The translations under genes and the position numbers were made by a program. The notes under the pieces are model-generated. The model saw only the letters and a program-made list of their open reading frames with translations. It was not told the DNA's origin and ran no database searches. A stretch of DNA of 62,196 nucleotides, the filler included, from Hausera hauseri (lineage: Eukaryota): the NCBI GenBank assembly GCA_046269625.1. It is 12 parts of 12 records of this genome, joined end to end, with 100 filler letters (N's around TTAATTAATTAA, not from the genome) between each part and the next. Parts side by side here need not be neighbours in the genome. Positions count along the whole stretch, not along the records: positions 58,228 to 62,196 come from JBJURY010849858.1; 11 more parts are not named here. One strand, written 5' to 3'. The stretch's first letter is position 1. Each line of letters starts with the position of its first letter. This document shows positions 60,543 to 62,196 of this stretch, piece by piece.

Positions 60543-62196
60543 TTACAAGTTGTAATGCCCATAGGCTACACTGCTATTCCTTTGAGTCCAATGACGTTTG
60601 TCGTCAAAAGGGTCCAGCACTTTTTTCTTTGACTGTATGGTCATTAACTGATGATTCTTTGTCCCGATTCTCTCTTGGTTAACCATTGTTCCACCTCCGG
60701 TTTCATATACCTGTATGTAGTTTCCGAAGTGTAGGTCTGTCTGTTTGAGGTTGATTCCTTTACATTTGAGCACTGGTTTGCTTTGTGTTTTCAGTGCATA
60801 TGATTTAGGCCGTAGGAAAATCCCCTCCTGATACTGGACACAACCATTACTCTCATCCTTAAATTTGCCTATGACAGAAGCGAAGCGAGTTGAGTACAGA
60901 GGATCACTTTTATCATAGTTCGAAGTGTCCAACTGTTCATTAGTTATCATTGCTGGTAATAGTTGGTTACGCAAATTGACACCACGACACTTGAGAAAAA
61001 AACTATCCGTCACCAACAATTACATTAATTTCGCAATTAAACTGTTGCCTATAATTCTCCAACTCGATATAATTCAACCCATACATCCTTAACTTTGACA
61101 AATCAAGTACTGCATGACCGATGTATGAGGGTCTGTCTAAAGTAACTATGTCTTTATCGACGAGAATAGCAACAAGGTCATTAGCTATAATGATACTTTC
61201 CTTAAACTGTGTCTTATTGTGTAAGTAACAAGTTATTTTAAATTATTGCACAGTCTTGAATTTGACCTTTTCAATAAATTTTCAACGGTCTTACATATAT
61301 AGACTATTACTTTTTAACTTAAAAGAAGTCCTTCTCAAAAAATTATTTGCTGCCGCTCGTTTAAAAGTGTTTAAGTCTATATAATCTTTAAAGACATAGC
61401 CTTGGTCAAATTCAACAGTCCGATGAACATTATGCACAACAGCACCTAAATCAATAAACAACTGCAAAATCCTATAATGGATCACATAATTTAACTTAGG
61501 CTCATGTAGGAGCAACAATTTTTTAACTTTTGAACCAGGAGGACAATGGTTTATGGGAGCTAAAGGCAATTGATCAAATTTATCATGTTTATCAGTCGGA
61601 ATACTTATATATACTTCAAACACTAAGCCGCGTTTTTCCTTAACACAGTCAATGTAAGGTAATTGTTCAATAAAACGGTTTAATCTGTCCTCATCATAAA
61701 TCCAACGTAAATTCGCAAAAGATAAAGGTTGTGAAAAAGCCCAGCCGTATAAATTATTTACATCTATGTACAAAAGACTGATGATTTCATCAATTGTTAC
61801 TCTATGTTTATTTACAAAAGTCATACCTACGTGAATACTAGATTGAAAGAACTGATACATTTCAGGATCCTGTATTAACTCTATTTTACAAGGACTAGAT
61901 TTCAGCGCTGTTACCCAATTTAAACCTGGAATTGAGATAAAGTTAGTAGCCTCTAAACCATCCTGCAACTTAACTTCTTTTCTAAATCGTTCAAAAACAT
62001 CACCTAACAGACATACACCTAGTTTCATATATACTAGCATGTAATCTAAAAGACAGCTACAAATGTATTTAGTTCAAGCAAGTTGAGCATTTCGATAATC
62101 ATTATCACTAACATCATCCCATTTTGGTGGTAATGCAGAAATGGACTGTAAGTCATTGAAAGATTTTGCAGCAGTGTATGGGAAAATACCTTTTCC
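60543..62196 (-). pseudogene. polB: Protein-primed family B DNA polymerase (Polinton), decayed, 5'-partial
   Basis: YIDVNNLYGWA, KLKSNSLY, TDSFF, GKFKDE, LRPKSY, KCKGI and FDDKR; stops and frameshifts at about 61020-61290. Confidence 0.93.

Larger units (their letters stand above)
59306..62196. mobile_element. Polinton/Maverick end: terminus, two accessory genes, polB
   Basis: AGTAGT start with a CCCCCC..GGGAAGGAAGGAA block shared with the 18205 terminus; polB points toward the terminus in both contigs. Confidence 0.8.

Noticed and set aside
1-62196. A single giant-virus or prokaryotic genome, with operons, rRNA or tRNA genes
   Set aside because: No NCLDV core genes, rRNA or intact tRNA were recognised. 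Spliceosomal introns, SINEs and LINEs indicate animal nuclear DNA.

Overview
This window is an artificial concatenation of 12 contigs of about 4-7 kb, joined by an identical 100-bp linker (N44-TTAATTAATTAA-N44). All interpretable content is eukaryotic and appears to come from more than one animal: one contig is teleost-like and the others look invertebrate. Mobile elements dominate. (1) Five contigs carry pieces of a Polinton/Maverick (adintovirus-type) family: two decayed protein-primed polB copies, two integrase-penton blocks, an ATPase-to-major-capsid module and three AGTAGT termini. (2) Three Ty3/Gypsy families are present, one with an intact pol, and each has an in-phase -1 frameshift heptamer. 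(3) There is an apparently intact two-ORF CR1/L2-group LINE, plus decayed Penelope, RTE, I/Jockey-type and SINE fragments. Host-type genes include a probable domesticated hAT transposase, a truncated TRAF-like gene, a rearranged duplicated mfsd10 and a coiled-coil orphan gene. The best candidate for something new is at 59.3-60.5 kb, between a Polinton terminus and its decayed polB. It is an intact convergent two-gene cassette: a stand-alone TRAF-type MATH domain protein and a small spliced tail-anchored membrane protein, behind a terminal region with duplicated IRF-like and ATF-like motifs. My inference is that this is an immune-signalling decoy module. All family assignments come from motif recognition by eye, not database searches.
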